Assembly (NCBI GenBank): GCA_964016885.1
Contig: OZ024743.1
Span: forward strand, 194,618,001 to 194,682,000
Direction of reading: 5' to 3'
DNA: 64,000 nucleotides
DNA from: Eledone cirrhosa
Lineage: Eukaryota
The translations under genes were made by a program, and so were the position numbers. Positions 10,326 to 23,931 of the stretch are shown here, piece by piece. Numbering within the stretch: position 1 is the first letter of the stretch; each line of letters begins with the position of its first letter. The notes beneath the pieces are model-generated. The model was not told the origin of the DNA and searched no databases. It worked only from the letters and a program-made list of their open reading frames with translations.

Positions 10326-13300
10326 TACGTCGGTCTCGAGAAAACTATTAAGAACATGATAATTGAAAAAAAAAAATAATAATAACACAACAATCACAAC
10401 ACATATATAGGATTGTCACCATAACATAGTATTTTATGAAGAAATAGAAATGAGAGAAGAGTATGGGAAATTCAAAGAAATATTCGATGAAAATAAGACT
10501 AATTATAACCACAAAAGCAAAGAAAGATTATGACACAGGCGACGAGAAAATCTACTGACAAGATACTATTAATGTACGATGACGTGGTATAGCACCTCAC
10601 ACAAATTATAAAGCCTTTCATCCTCTCGAGTTCGAATATAAAGTAGAGAATTAACAGTAGGGTAGACTCTTCCTGTATATCTCTTCCTCACTACTCTCTC
10701 ACCTTCTGCGGAAGAAATCAGTTGTTCTGCTCAAACTTGCAGAAGAGATGGGCGCTACCAGGTTTTAAATTCCCAAGACACACCGTATTTCACTACGACG
10801 CCCCTAGCACTTAATCGGGAGTTACGTATCTATACATGCATACAAATTAAAGTATCAGGTTTTTCGACATGGAATACCTTACGGAATTGCTTTACGATTA
10901 CTAATCGCCAACAGATGTGAGTAAGCTAAGATCGATCAAATTGATAGGAAAGCACAACGTAAATGGATTACATTTATTAAAAAAAGACAATTGCATACTC
11001 TCATTAGACGTAAAATAAATAATGAATTTACGAATCAGTAGCAACTTTGTGAAAAAGTATACAGCGTCTACTGAAATTGCCAAAGGGAGATATTTACTAG
11101 GAAACTAACAGTAGTTAAACAAGAATTATGACTGCTATGTCAGACATTTTATTACGTAAATCTACAAGAATATATAACTTAATCTTATATTTGTATTATA
11201 TTCACAGACTGTGTGTATCGCAGGTGCAATACCTTGCTCTAGAATGATTGTGAACGGAGTGTAAATAGCAGTGTAAAATGGCTTGTAACATAGCACTGAA
11301 AACGCGTCTACTAAGACTTAACCTCATATCATCCAAGCTAGACTGATCATTGCAGCTATATTCCACTTTCTGCTTGACATATATAGCGAATTCCAAGTAG
11401 ACAGAACACGGGAGTAGTTATCATCTGAAATGCATGACTGACTTTTCTTATGAATTTCTGTGTACATAAATGATTATTGGAAATTGCTTACACTTTATAC
11501 TTTTTAGTGTGAATGCTAATTGAAGACACACATATCTTTATTATTTATTAAATTGACTTAACAGGTAATTGAAGTTTTTACTTTCACTATACTTCATATG
11601 GATGATTGTACCATAGAGGTTATTTCAATCCATGTTCACTGGATAGGCTCTAGACCATTGGAGCGGGAAACGATGCCGTATATTTATATCTTGAATGCGA
11701 TATCATTGTTGCATGGAACACATAGATTTTATTTTCTTCACAAACATGTCAAATGTTTTGACAGATTATCGAGAGTTCAAGCTTAATCTCAAGTTCAGCT
11801 TGAAGCAATTTATGAGTGATAAGTAGTAAGTATATCTCTTGAAACAGTCCTGCGTAGATATTTTTTATCCTTCTCAAGTTCATGCTTGGATACGTTTAAA
11901 GTCTACGACTTATTTTGACGAAGCAATTTCTTCCCGAATCTGCAAATGTAGTAATATAGTGAGTAAAGGAATGATGACATTTCCTTTTCTTGCTCTTTTA
12001 TATTTGTATCCAGTATGGTGGGAATGTCAACCATATAAACTTTTAAATGTAGCAGTAAATGGTGTCCTTATATTCAATCTACCTAAGCAACTTCGTGTAT
12101 TTCTTAATACCACCTACACTGCCACCACGAGCATTATGCTGCCTCTTTCTAGTAACAATTAGTTGGTTGTGAATTCCATGGTAGCATTTAACTAAAATAT
12201 CTTTTTTAACCCCTTTTTAATAAAGATTAGATGATTCTCCTTAGCTTTTATTTAAGTCTAACTTGATTTTCTTTGATTTTTCCTTAACAGGCCATTACTC
12301 TTTTGACTTCGTTCCGATAGTTTTTTCTTTGGGCACCACACAGAAATATACTTCGGCACATTTCATGAATAATAAATGTAAACGTACTTACTGTTTTTTC
12401 AAAATGATTTGTAATCTAACAGTAGGCATCGTTTTATATGAGGAAGTATTATCTATGATGACTTCTTAAAATTCTTCCTGCTATTATACAATATAGGTGA
12501 TGTATTGTTGTATACGTGTTTATCAAATAGAGCTCGAGGAGACGATGCATAATTCCTCTGTTATAGGACATCCGAAGGGCATTTAGTCTCATGTGAATAT
12601 TTCATATTCTTTTAAGCTATCCTGTTAACTTTCCAAGAAGTCCTTCCATTTTGTAAATTCCTCAGGCCTTCTATCCAAGCCACCCGTATTCCCTTGTAAT
12701 CTTGTTATACAATAAGCTTATATGGTTATGCTTTCTTAAAGTGCCTTTGTGTACAGTAAATCGCTTACAAGCAACATTTCTTTGACACACACACACACAT
12801 ACATATATATATGTATGTGTGTGTGTATATACATATAGATAAATAGATATTCTTTGTATTTTTAAATATTTAACACTATTCAGAAACTATGTCGTTCCAG
12901 ATTTTTTAAAAGTTATTTCCAAGCATCTCAGGAAAAGTACAACTTTTATTTTCCATGTATATTTTAATGCATAAATATATAGCTTTTCTTTACTCCAAAT
13001 GCAATAATTTCCAAGAAATATTTTGTGTTAACCCCAAAGATGGATTACTTTAAATTCAGTACGACGTGTGAGAGCATCTCAAATTATCTGTAAATACAAA
13101 CTAAAATTATATCAACATTCGAGGTGCTCATGATATCAATTGCATGTGATCACCCCAATGCTGATGGGAATAACCCATAATCTTATTCAAGTAAAAGAAA
13201 GAATTTAAGATGTAAAAAAATTGAAGCAAATGGGAAAATCATCATTTTACACCATAAAATAGAAATATAGGGTGACATAAATGTTGAAGCAGATGTCACT

Positions 13301-14628
13301 GGTAATTAACTTTCAGTTCTAACGTTTCACAATCCTGCCATCAAGTATAATATCCCTCTTTTATCTGAATAATTCAATATTTTTATGTTTTGTGAATCAG
13401 GGAAAAACATCTCTTTAGGAATCGCAATTCGTTTATTTTTTCGTATAAAATTAGACGACTACTTTAAATGCTATTAAATTGTCATTTGCAAATTGTCATT
13501 AGCTATGATATTATAAGTTATCGTCTTTATGAGGTATCTAGTGTTCACCAGCATATGTTGTACTATGTAGAAAATGTGTACCTACGTATCATATTTGACA
13601 TCATCTCTAGGGTGACTTCAACTATATTTCTTATTTTCTTATATTCCTATGAATTATATAATGTCGTTTAAAGTCTAACCCACTCTTGAAATGCCTATAA
13701 TGTTTATTTATTTATGAATCTTGCTTACGAAATGTATTTACTGAATATGTTTATGGAAGATAAATAATTATCAATGCAACTTTAGCTGATATTTCTGGGG
13801 GCATGACTTGATATTTTTTACTCTCTATAAATAAACTAAATGTTTAGTTCAGTTTATGTATAACCATATTAAAACCAGATATTCAATTCAGGACAACATT
13901 GTTTTATTTCGTATACAACTTGCATTTAGAATATTATACGTTTACGAAGCTATATTTTCCCCGCAAGAATTTATCAAAAACAGTCTTGTAATGATATGTC
14001 ACTGAAGTCATACTTCACATGGTGATCTAAAAATCACTTACCTCAGCTTACTTGATACAGTGTCATATAGTGTCATGTAAAACACACAAAAGTAATTTAC
14101 TTAAATTCAACTCACACCAAAGGGTCGCACCTTAGTGGAGATAGATCAACTCCGTTTATTTTATATGACAATCCTGGTAAGACATAAGAATATCTAATGA
14201 TATCAGTTTTCCTGTTGCGTAATATGAGACCACATAGATTTTATAATATTTGGACAACGCTAAAATACAGCTGAGCATATATTAACAGGGCTATGTACAT
14301 TTTTCTTATTTGAGCATGAACTCTGACAAAAAGATCATGTGAATTTCTACATCCTTTCAGAACTAAATAAAATCTACTTCTGACGAACCCGTGATTCGTC
14401 GTTCGTCAGACATATAGCTTTCCAAATAAAGTTCCAAAATTATTTTAAAGCCAAACTATATATACATTATTATATTGAATTAATTCCTATGACCCTTGTT
14501 GTCTTTCATATTTTTTTCTCGCGTTCGTGTTTTATTGCCAAATAACAATAGGAATAGAAATTGTTAGGCTGAATTCACACGAGAATATGCACATAAACAC
14601 ACTAATACAAATGTATCTGTGTATTTAT

Positions 14629-14629
<1 letters not shown>

Positions 14630-14723
<94 letters not shown>

Positions 14724-14728
14724 CACAC
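14630..14728. repeat. (CA)n microsatellite
   Basis: Direct sequence. Confidence 0.95.
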
Positions 14729-15229
14729 ATATATATGAGTGAGTGCAAAGTGTGATTATGCGTATGTGTCTGTGAATATGAGAATGCGTGTTTGTGAATA
14801 ACGCATGTGTATGACGTTTGTGTATTTCCTGTGTTCCAGGCGTTTTTCATGTGTTGCTTAAAAATAAATTTATAGTAATTTTGATTGCACTGCTTACATC
14901 TTATTATCTCTCTTCTATAATACTATATCCTGACGACAGAAACTAGTAATTTTCACTATTTCCTGGCAGAAAACATATATATTTGTAACAATATATCATC
15001 TGTTTATTGTTTGCCAATTGTTTTCCGTTTTGTTTGCTTAAAAAATAAATATATGTAACCAGACAAAAAACACAAAAAAGAAACAAAGTTTGTGTATTTC
15101 CTTGCAAATTTGTATTCCATAGATAATTGTGTTATATTGTTTTATTTGTGTTTACTTAAAGATAGAATACGTTGACTTATAGCGTATATATTTTCGATTA
15201 ATCTTTTATTTCGTATCGTCTATATATGT

Positions 15230-15232
<3 letters not shown>

Positions 15233-15307
<75 letters not shown>
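15233..15307. repeat. (AG)n microsatellite
   Basis: Direct sequence. Confidence 0.95.
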
Positions 15308-15310
<3 letters not shown>

Positions 15311-15766
15311 GATCCGGAATAAATATTCTTATGTACTGGTCTGCTTTGACTTTCATCTCAATAAAATTGTTAAAATCTGAGGTAGTAATACACTGGATAG
15401 ATTTTGTCGGCAATATCCTTCCTATAGTTAAGTTGGCATTAAGCCTAGACAAGAAAAAACATATATATAATGAACAGGTAAACCTTTGCCGAGTGTTGTA
15501 AGAAGTCTAATTCTGATTTCGTGCCAAATGCTTCCCTCTAATATAAATGAAAATGGATGAACACCACATCTTCCCATTAACTTTTCTCATGGTTTGTTGT
15601 TTTCTTATAATTGAAAATAATTCACACACGGACACATTATACAAATGCTGTAGTTATGAAGGGTTTTAAATAGTTTCAATCCACAGGAAAAGAATAGGAA
15701 TTAAGTTTTAAGTCGTAATGTGATGCTTTATGTTCTCTCTTTATATATATATTCTAAATTAATTGT

Positions 15767-15830
15767 ATGCTATTATTTGAATTATGGCTTTGCTTTATAG
15801 CAGAGTTTGAGCATTTTGCATTGTCACAGA
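15767..15830 (+). repeat. Left copy of 64-bp direct duplication (right copy 46387-46450)
   Basis: Ungapped alignment by eye, 54/64 identical. Confidence 0.8.
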
Positions 15831-15849
15831 ATTTTCAGTTTCTTTTTGA

Positions 15850-16304
15850 GAAAAAAGATAAAGAAACTGTGTCAATGAAAGGTTACTGGATAGAGTGTGT
15901 AGCTCCGAGATCAGAGAATCACTCCAGGTAGAGCCGCTACTTCCCCGGATTGAGAGATCACAGCTCTGGTACTATGGATATATGGTTAGAATGTCTCAGG
16001 AGATAATTGCTGGAGATATGTGTAGCTCGGAGATCAAAGAGTACTCCAGGTAGAGCAGCTGCTTCTCCGCATTGGGAGATCACAGCTTCGATACTATGGA
16101 CATATGGTTAGAATGTATCAAGAAAAATCGCAGGACAGATTTTACAGGCGAAACCAACTGGAAGGAGACTCAGGGGTAGACCCCATGGAATATGGCTGGA
16201 TAACATCCACGAGCTTGGTGGGTTTTCCTTGGGGATCAAATTGGATCAGTTGGATACGATTGCTTCTGACAGGGCCTACTGGAAGGAGTGTTTGAAAACT
16301 TTCA

Positions 16305-16306
<2 letters not shown>
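15850..16306 (+). mobile_element. Old RTE-clade (Rex3/Expander-like) LINE 3' fragment with internal ~124-bp tandem duplication
   Basis: Translates to DRVCSSEIRESLQVEPLLPRIERSQLWYYGYMVRM, a typical RTE C-terminus. Unit repeats at 15886 and 16010. Ends in (AAT)n. Confidence 0.75.
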
Positions 16307-16344
<38 letters not shown>

Positions 16345-16361
16345 TAATAATAATAATAATA
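16307..16361. repeat. (AAT)n, left end of the retrotransposon array
   Basis: Direct sequence. Confidence 0.95.
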
Positions 16362-19197
16362 AGAAATTTTAACAAACTATAAAGTAGGTGAACATGTTAA
16401 ACAAACTAAACTTAGAAAATTGAAAAAAAAGTACAGTATAAGATCAACATGTGACATAGACATGCTGATAGAAACAATCAAGCCAAAAGTGTCGGCCAAA
16501 GCTGCTCGTATAAGGCGCTTTGAAAAACGATCTAGATTCTATAAGGACAATAATATGTTCAAAAACAACCAAAGAAACTTCTACAGAAAAATTGGTAAGT
16601 CAACAATAACTGCTAAATCAATACCACCCAAGGAGGAAGTGCAAGAATTCTGGGAAAAGATCTGGGCCGAAGAAAAAGTTCATAACATACATGCCCCATG
16701 GACAGACAGACAAATGAAAGAAACAGCTCACCTTGAAGAACAAACATGGGAAAATATAACAGTTGAACAGTTGCGCTTGGCTCTAAGAAAAACCAGCAAA
16801 TGGAAATCCCCAGGAAAAGACAAAATACAAAACTTTTGGATAAATGCCTTCACAGAGTCTCATGAGCTGTTAGCCCAACTTTACAATGAAATAGTTAAGG
16901 AGCCAGAAAAGATACCATCATGGCTAGTTAACGGCATTACATTCCTGCTACCGAAGAATGATGAGACAAACAATCCCAAAAATTACAGACCGATAACCTG
17001 CTTGACCACAATGTATAAAATTTTAACATCAGTCCTAACTGAATACACATATGACCACCTGATAACAAATGACCTATTTCCCATTGAGCAGAAAGGGTGT
17101 AAACGAGGCTCATATGGCTGTAAGGATCAGCTTCTGGTTAACAAAATGATACTGGAAGATTGTCATAATAGACACAAAAATCTATCGATTGCTTGGATAG
17201 ATTATAAAAAAGCATTTGATAGTTTGCCTCACAGTTGGATTGAAAAATGTTTAGAGATTTTCAAAATATCCCCCGTTGTCAGGAGGTTTTTGTCATTCAG
17301 TATGAGGACATGGAGAACGACACTCCTTTTGAATAGTGAAACAAAATCACTGGAAGCTGGAGAAGTTAACATTAATTGTGGAATTTTTCAGGGTGACTCT
17401 TTATCACCGCTTTTATTCTGCATCGCGCTTATACCATTAAGTAAAATGCTCAATGAAACAAAACATGGATATAGAGTCTATGACAAAAGCATTAATCACC
17501 TGTTCTACATGGATGACCTGAAACTATTTGCAAAAAATGATGAACAATTGCAAGGGCTATTATCCACTGTGAAGCAGTTCAGTGATGACATTAAAATGGA
17601 GTTTGGACTGGATAAATGTGCCAAAGCAACGTTCACCAGAGGAAAGCTGCTGAAGAGTTCAGACATTAATCTTGATCGAGGGAACGTGATAAGAGAACTT
17701 GATCAAGAACAAACTTACAAATATCTAGGTGTTTGTGAAGGAGACGGAATCAAGCACTCGACAATGAGGGAAAGGATAAGGAAGGAATGTTACCGCAGAG
17801 TCAGAGCAATCTTAAGAACGGAATTGAATGCAAGGAATAGGATCGATGCCATAAACACGCTTGCCATACCAGTAGTAACCTACAGTTACAATGTCATCAA
17901 CTGGTCAAGCACAGAGATCCGTAGGCTCGATACAAAAATCCGAAAATTCTTAACCATGCACAGAATGCATCACCCTAAGGCAGACATAGATAGAATATAT
18001 CTCCCTAGGAAAGAAGGATGACGTGGGTTAATCCAGTTAGACATTGCGTTGAAAACTGCAACAATTGGATTATCCACATATCTAAGGGAATCACATGATT
18101 GGATGATCAAACTCGTTTTGAAACACGAAAGCACCAAAAGATCATATTCCATTACAAAAGATGCACAAAGATACAGTAATGGACTACAAATTTCAGAAGT
18201 CCCATTTACTGCTGAAATGGAAAACACAGAAAAAGCAAAGCAGGTAAAAGTAACTGCAAAGAAAGAACTGCTACAGAAACTGGCTAAGAAATGGCAAGAA
18301 AAGCCTCTGTATGGAAAATACCCAGAGCGAGCTAACAATCCTGATGTTGACAAAACTTTAACCCATCAGTGGTTGGTATCCTCTGGACTAAAATCGGAGA
18401 CTGAAGGACTGATTATATCCGCACAATATCAGTGTCTGCTAACAAAAGAATAACCAAGCCAACATAATAAAAAATGGATGCAGCCCATTATGCCGTGTAT
18501 GCAAAAAACAACCAGAGACCATTGACCATATAATTTCAATGTGCAGTCCTATAGCTCCAACCGAATACCTAAACAGGCATGACAGAGCTGCACAATACAT
18601 ACATTGGATAATGTGTAAGCATTTTGACCTGCCCCATCAAAAGAATTGGTGGGAGCATCAACCACCTCCCATACTTGAAAAAGATCACATCTCAATCTTG
18701 TGGAACTTTACCATCCAAACAGACCGAAAAATAGATGCAAATAGACCTGATATAATATTGAAGGACTTTCAAAGGAGGGTATGCCTGCTAATTGATATGT
18801 CTGTTCCAATAGACAAGAATGTATCTATAAAAACATTTGAAAAATTGAGCAAGTATAAGGACCTGGAGATAGAAATTGGAAAAATGTGGAAATTGAGAAC
18901 TAAAACAATACCAGTGGTTGTAGGCGCTCTGGGAATGATACCTAAGGGGTCTAACGACTACTTATCGCAAATCCCAGGAAACCCGCGTATAGGAGAAATA
19001 CAAAAGATAGTACTAATGGGAACTGCCCATATACTAAGGAAGATCCTGTCAATATAAGTACATCACAAGTCTAAACACTAAGGATGCATGTGTAAATATG
19101 TATGTTCTTCCTTGAACATGGCGGACCTTGTTGTCTCTTGAGGTCACTGGTTGTGACTTGGTGATAACTCGTATAAACATAAAGCAAGATAAATGCA
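16362..19197 (+). mobile_element. Dong family A, 5'-truncated (copy A2)
   Basis: ORFs 16420-18021 (RT, YMDD; GGA>TGA stop), 18049-18453 and 18539-19057 (RLE), near-identical to A1. (AAT)n on both sides. Confidence 0.92.
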
Positions 19198-19250
<53 letters not shown>

Positions 19251-19416
19251 GGGAAGAAGACGCACGAGGTGACGGAGGTCATGAAATCGCTCCCGTAAGT
19301 TTTGAATTTTTAACATATTTAAATCATTTGTGAAATAACAACTCTTAGTACAAATGCTACGTAAAGCACCCGGCTTGAGCCCCAAAAAAATTCGGACCCA
19401 AAATATATTGTTATAA

Positions 19417-20070
19417 GGCTCAAATATTCAAATATTCAACTTTGTATTGTACACTGTATATCCCAAAAAAAATAAAATGGCTATAAATGGAAGAAGAAGA
19501 ACCCCCCCCCCCCTCCTCTCCTCTGGCTACACTATATAGGACAGCGAAACTCACCAACACCAGAAACTAGATACACCACCCACCCCATCATCTGTGTACA
19601 CTAAACACAACAGCATTTTCACCTTCACCGCCACCGCTCACTACGGCCATCATTACCACCACTATCCCATCACCGCCGCCACCACCCCTTGACTCCTTCA
19701 CTGCTGCTGCCACCGCTACAGCACCATCACTACAGTAATACGGCTCAAATATTCAAATATTCAACTTTGTATTGTACACTGTATATCCAAAAAAAAATAA
19801 ATAAAATGGCTATAAATGGAAGAAGAAGAACCCCCCCCCTCCTCCTCTCCTCTGGCTACACTATATAGGACAGCGAAACTCACCAACACCAGAAACTAGA
19901 TACACCACCCATCCCATCATCTGTGTACACTAAACACAACAGCATTTTCACCTTCACCGCCACCGCTCACTACGGCCATCATTACCACCACTATCCTATC
20001 ACCGCCGCCACCATCCCCTGACTCCTTCACTGTTGCTGCCACCGCTACAGCACCATCACTACAGTAATAC
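19417..20070 (+). repeat. ~325-bp tandem duplication in the B1 leader
   Basis: Units 19417-19741 and 19742-20070 are near-identical. Confidence 0.9.
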
Positions 20071-20641
20071 GGTCGCATCACCGCCACCACTGCCTCGGTA
20101 CCGACATCACCACCACCACTGTCTCAGTATCGCCAACGCCGCCAGTCTCTGCTGGCTACCACTTCCACATTATAGAATTCCTACTACTAACAAAGAGGAA
20201 GGCATCAAAATATATAGATAGACTCAAAAGAAAAAAGAAAAAACAAACAACAAAAGCAGCACAGCAACAACAGTAAAAAACGAGAAAAACAGAGAAAAAC
20301 AAAAACAAAAAAAGAAACCCCAAAAACGTAAAGAAAATAAGAATGAAGAGAGAAGCAGGCGGACGGACAGAGAAGAGGGGGGGAAAAGTAAAACTTAAAA
20401 AACAAAAACTAAGTCAGACATTCGAATACTACATTACAATGAAACTTATGCTTATTCATTTTTGGGGCCCTTTCTGCCCGTGTGTTTGTTTGTTTATGTG
20501 TGTCCGTATACAGCGTGGTGATAATGCCACACAAGGGCCAAGTGGGATGGCGGATCCACAGATGGCTATGTAAACATACATTCGCCAATCCTCGATAAGA
20601 GTGTTTAAATATCGAACATAAACAGTTCGAATAACGGTGAA

Positions 20642-23600
20642 ATGGAGACTAGAACGTCATGTGACAGACTCTCACCCAACAGGTGCCCCCTGGCTCAGCA
20701 GCAGGAACCTGACTGTCAACCAAATACTGCTGATGTTGGAGGAAGAAGAAGAAGGAAAGGGGCCAGAACCAACTGGACGAAAGAATTGAATAGAACTGTT
20801 ATGCAATGCTACCTGAAAAGTAACCCCAAGGAGAGGGGCTACAGGAGACGGATGCATAACATCTGGAACGAGATTGGTTTATTTAAATTAGATGAACAAA
20901 AATTGGCCGGGCAGGCTCGGGTAATAAGAACTAATGGGTGGATAAGCGAGCTGGAACTGGAGGAACTGAGCAGAGAGAATGGCTTGGAGATGGCGGGTGT
21001 AGTATGCCAGACAAGCGAGCCGGCGGGAAATGAAGGTGAGGAGGTCCTGAGAACGGAGGAACCACCCGAAGCAGACAATGATCTGAATACTGAGATAAAT
21101 AATACCTGGAACAGAGATACGGCCACTGAGGAGATGAATGCTGACGGGCTAGGACAAGATTCGGTTGACATCCTAAATTTAGTGGTAGATGAGTTGAACA
21201 ATGATAGTGGGAGACCTATGAACCTAAGATTTGTAGACAGGAAAAAGTTAAAAGAAACAACAGCTAAGGTAAACAAAGTCATCCCATACCTTGAGGCGAG
21301 GAGTCTTCACCAGTGCAACAATATCCTCAAAGCAACAGCAAATACGGTGAGGAAACTACTTGGTATAAAAGCGAGAGGAAACAACAGACAAGAAAGAGCA
21401 GAGCCGTGGTGGAGGAAGCGACTGAGTGGGCAAATCGGGGAAATGAGAAATGACATAGGAAAGCTTGAGTCACTACTGAATGGGACACTAAAAAACATAG
21501 GCACTAAAAATAGACTGGAAATAAAATACAAAACTAGGAGTAAAAAGCTAAATATTATCATAGAGGAATTGAAGCAACGCATTGTAGCAAAGAGTGCCAA
21601 AATCAGGCGATACGAGAACAGAGTCAGTCAGTATAAACAGAACCGCATGTTCGACAACAACCAGAAGATGCTGTTTGGACAGCTTGAGGGGAAAGAAAGA
21701 GGCAACGACTTGATCCCTGGGGCGGAACAAGCTAAAACATTCTGGAGAGGAATATGGGAGCAGGATGTTAGACACAATGCCCAGGCAGGGTGGATTGAGA
21801 CAGTACAGAGGGAGATCGGTGAGCAGGCACAGCAACAGACTGATTTGAGTATCACAGTTGAAACTCTTAAGGGGCAAGCCAAAAAACTAACCAACTGGAA
21901 ATCACCAGGCCCAGATGGTGTGCAGGGGTATTGGATTAAACATTTAACATCCCTCCACCCGAAGCTGACGGCCATGTTCAATGACTGCTTGGTGTCGGGT
22001 GAGGTGCCAGAGTGGTTGACAAAAGGTACCACAGTTCTGATAATGAAAGACCGAATCAAGGGTAATGATGTTACCAACTATAGACCTATCACATGTCTGC
22101 CCGTAATGTGGAAACTGTTGACGAGCATTGTGTCTGAGGAAATCTACCATCACCTCCACACAAACAACTTGTTGCCGGACGAACAGAAAGGATGCCGAAA
22201 GAAGTCACGTGGTACAAAGGACCAGTTGCTTATTGATAAGATGGTAATGGGGAATTGCAGGAGGAGACACACTGATCTTGCCATGGGATGGATAGACTAC
22301 AGAAAGGCATTTGACATGGTGCCTCATTCCTGGATCACCAAAAGCCTGGAGATCTTCAGGGTGGCAGATAACATCAGACAGTTGCTGGGCAGGAGTATGG
22401 GGTCCTGGGAGACAGAGTTGACATCAACTGGAGTATCCTTGGGAAGCGTGAAGATCAAGAGAGGTATCTTCCAGGGAGATAGCCTGTCCCCTCTGTTGTT
22501 TGTCCTTGCCCTGATGCCCTTGACCATTATGCTGCGAAATGTGAGAGCAGGATACAAGTTGGGAAGGGGAGAGCTTACCATCAATCACCTCCTCTTCATG
22601 GACGATCTTAAGCTCTTCGGGAAAAGTGAGAAGGAGTTGGATGTGCTTGTTGACACTGTCCGTATTTTCAGCAGTGATATATGTATGCAGTTTGGTATTG
22701 GTAAATGTGGAGTCATTGTGATGAGGAGGGGTAGGTTGAGCAGAAGTAACGGGATCCAGATACCAACAGGTGAGATGATAAAGGAAATTGACTCTGAGGA
22801 AGGATACAAGTATTTGGGCGTTCTGGAGGCTGATGGCATAAAGAACAAAAAAATGAAGGAATTGTTAAGAACTGAATACATTCGGAGAGTAAGGTGCGTA
22901 TTGAAGTCACATCTGAACAGCAGAAATGCCATAAGCGCAGTAAATTCCCGAGCTGTGTCTATTATTAGGTACAGTGCGGGAATCCTGAGATTGTTGCTGA
23001 ACAAAAAGAAATGGATAGGAAGACTAGGAAGCTATTGACTATCTACAACATGTTCCACAAGAGGAGTGATGTCGATAGACTCTACCTAAGGAGATCTGAG
23101 GGTGGAAGAGGTCTTATCAGCATAGAGGACTGTGTTCAGATGGAGAAAAACAACCTATACAAATACGTGACCTATAGTAAGGAGCCAATGCTCAGAGCTG
23201 TACTGAAGGAGGGGACAGTAGGCCAGGGGATATCCAAGGAGGAAATAACATCAAGGAGGAAGAGCAGCCTTAAGGGAAAATCCCTTCATAGTACCTTCTT
23301 TGAGAAAACTGAATTTAGAGATCCACAGACATGGAACTGGTTGAGAAGAGGAGACCTCAAAAAGGCTACAGAAGGAATGCTAATGGCTGCGCAGGAGCAG
23401 GCCCTCAAAACGAAGTGGTTGAAGCACCATATCTACAAGGAGGAGGCTAGCCCACTGTGCAGGATCTGTGGAGAGAGAGAGGAGACTGTGGCTCACATTG
23501 TGTCCGAGTGTAAACACCTAGCCCAGACCCACTATAAGGGCTGGAGACACGATGTGATGGGCAGGTTGATCCACTGGCACCTGTGCAAAGTAAACAATCT

Positions 23601-23910
23601 ACCACATTCTGAGAAATGGTATGAGCATAGGCCAGAGGCGGTGATGGAGAACAGTCAGGTGAAGGTGCTGTGGGATTTTAGGATACAGACGGACAAAAAA
23701 CTGGAACACAATAGACCTGACCTGGTGGTTGTGGACAAAGAAAAAAGATCGTGCCTGATTGTGGATGTGGCCTGCCCGTTCGACACGAGAGTGCAAGAGA
23801 AGGAGAGGGAGAAAATTAACCGATACCAGGACCTAAAGTGGGAGGTGAAAAGGATTTGGAACTGCCATGAAGTCAAAGTGATCCCGATTGTCATAGGCGC
23901 ACTGGGGACT
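20642..23910 (+). pseudogene. Dong B1 polyprotein, one frameshift near 22990 and truncated C-terminus
   Basis: 798-aa and 316-aa ORFs; B2 comparison shows a short deletion at ..ctgaga[tggaa]tgttgct... Confidence 0.85.
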
Positions 23911-23931
23911 ATGACAATCGGGATCACTTTG
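23874..23931. repeat. Perfect 23-bp inverted repeat, 12-nt loop, at the B1/T2 junction
   Basis: caaagtgatcccgattgtcatag (23874-23896) and ctatgacaatcgggatcactttg (23909-23931). Confidence 0.95.

Larger units (their letters stand above)
19251..23912 (+). mobile_element. R4/Dong-type family B, 5'-complete, 3' end deleted (copy B1)
   Basis: Starts GGGAAGAAGACGCAC after (AAT)n 19198-19250. ORF 20642-23038 plus 23011-~23910 has Myb-like NWTKELN, RT FMDD, CRIC..H..C, RHD and RPDLVV..D. Confidence 0.92.

Noticed and set aside
10900-13700. Short ORFs in AT-rich unique DNA as host exons
   Set aside because: No recognisable protein motifs or convincing splice-bounded frames; small exons cannot be excluded by eye.
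14379-14410. 10-bp perfect hairpin containing CTGACGA
   Set aside because: No GAAA box and single occurrence; insufficient for a ribozyme or element call.
19251-19310. HDV-like ribozyme at the Dong 5' terminus
   Set aside because: Only GGGA/TCCC pairing found; could not build P1-P4 by eye. Left as an experimental check.
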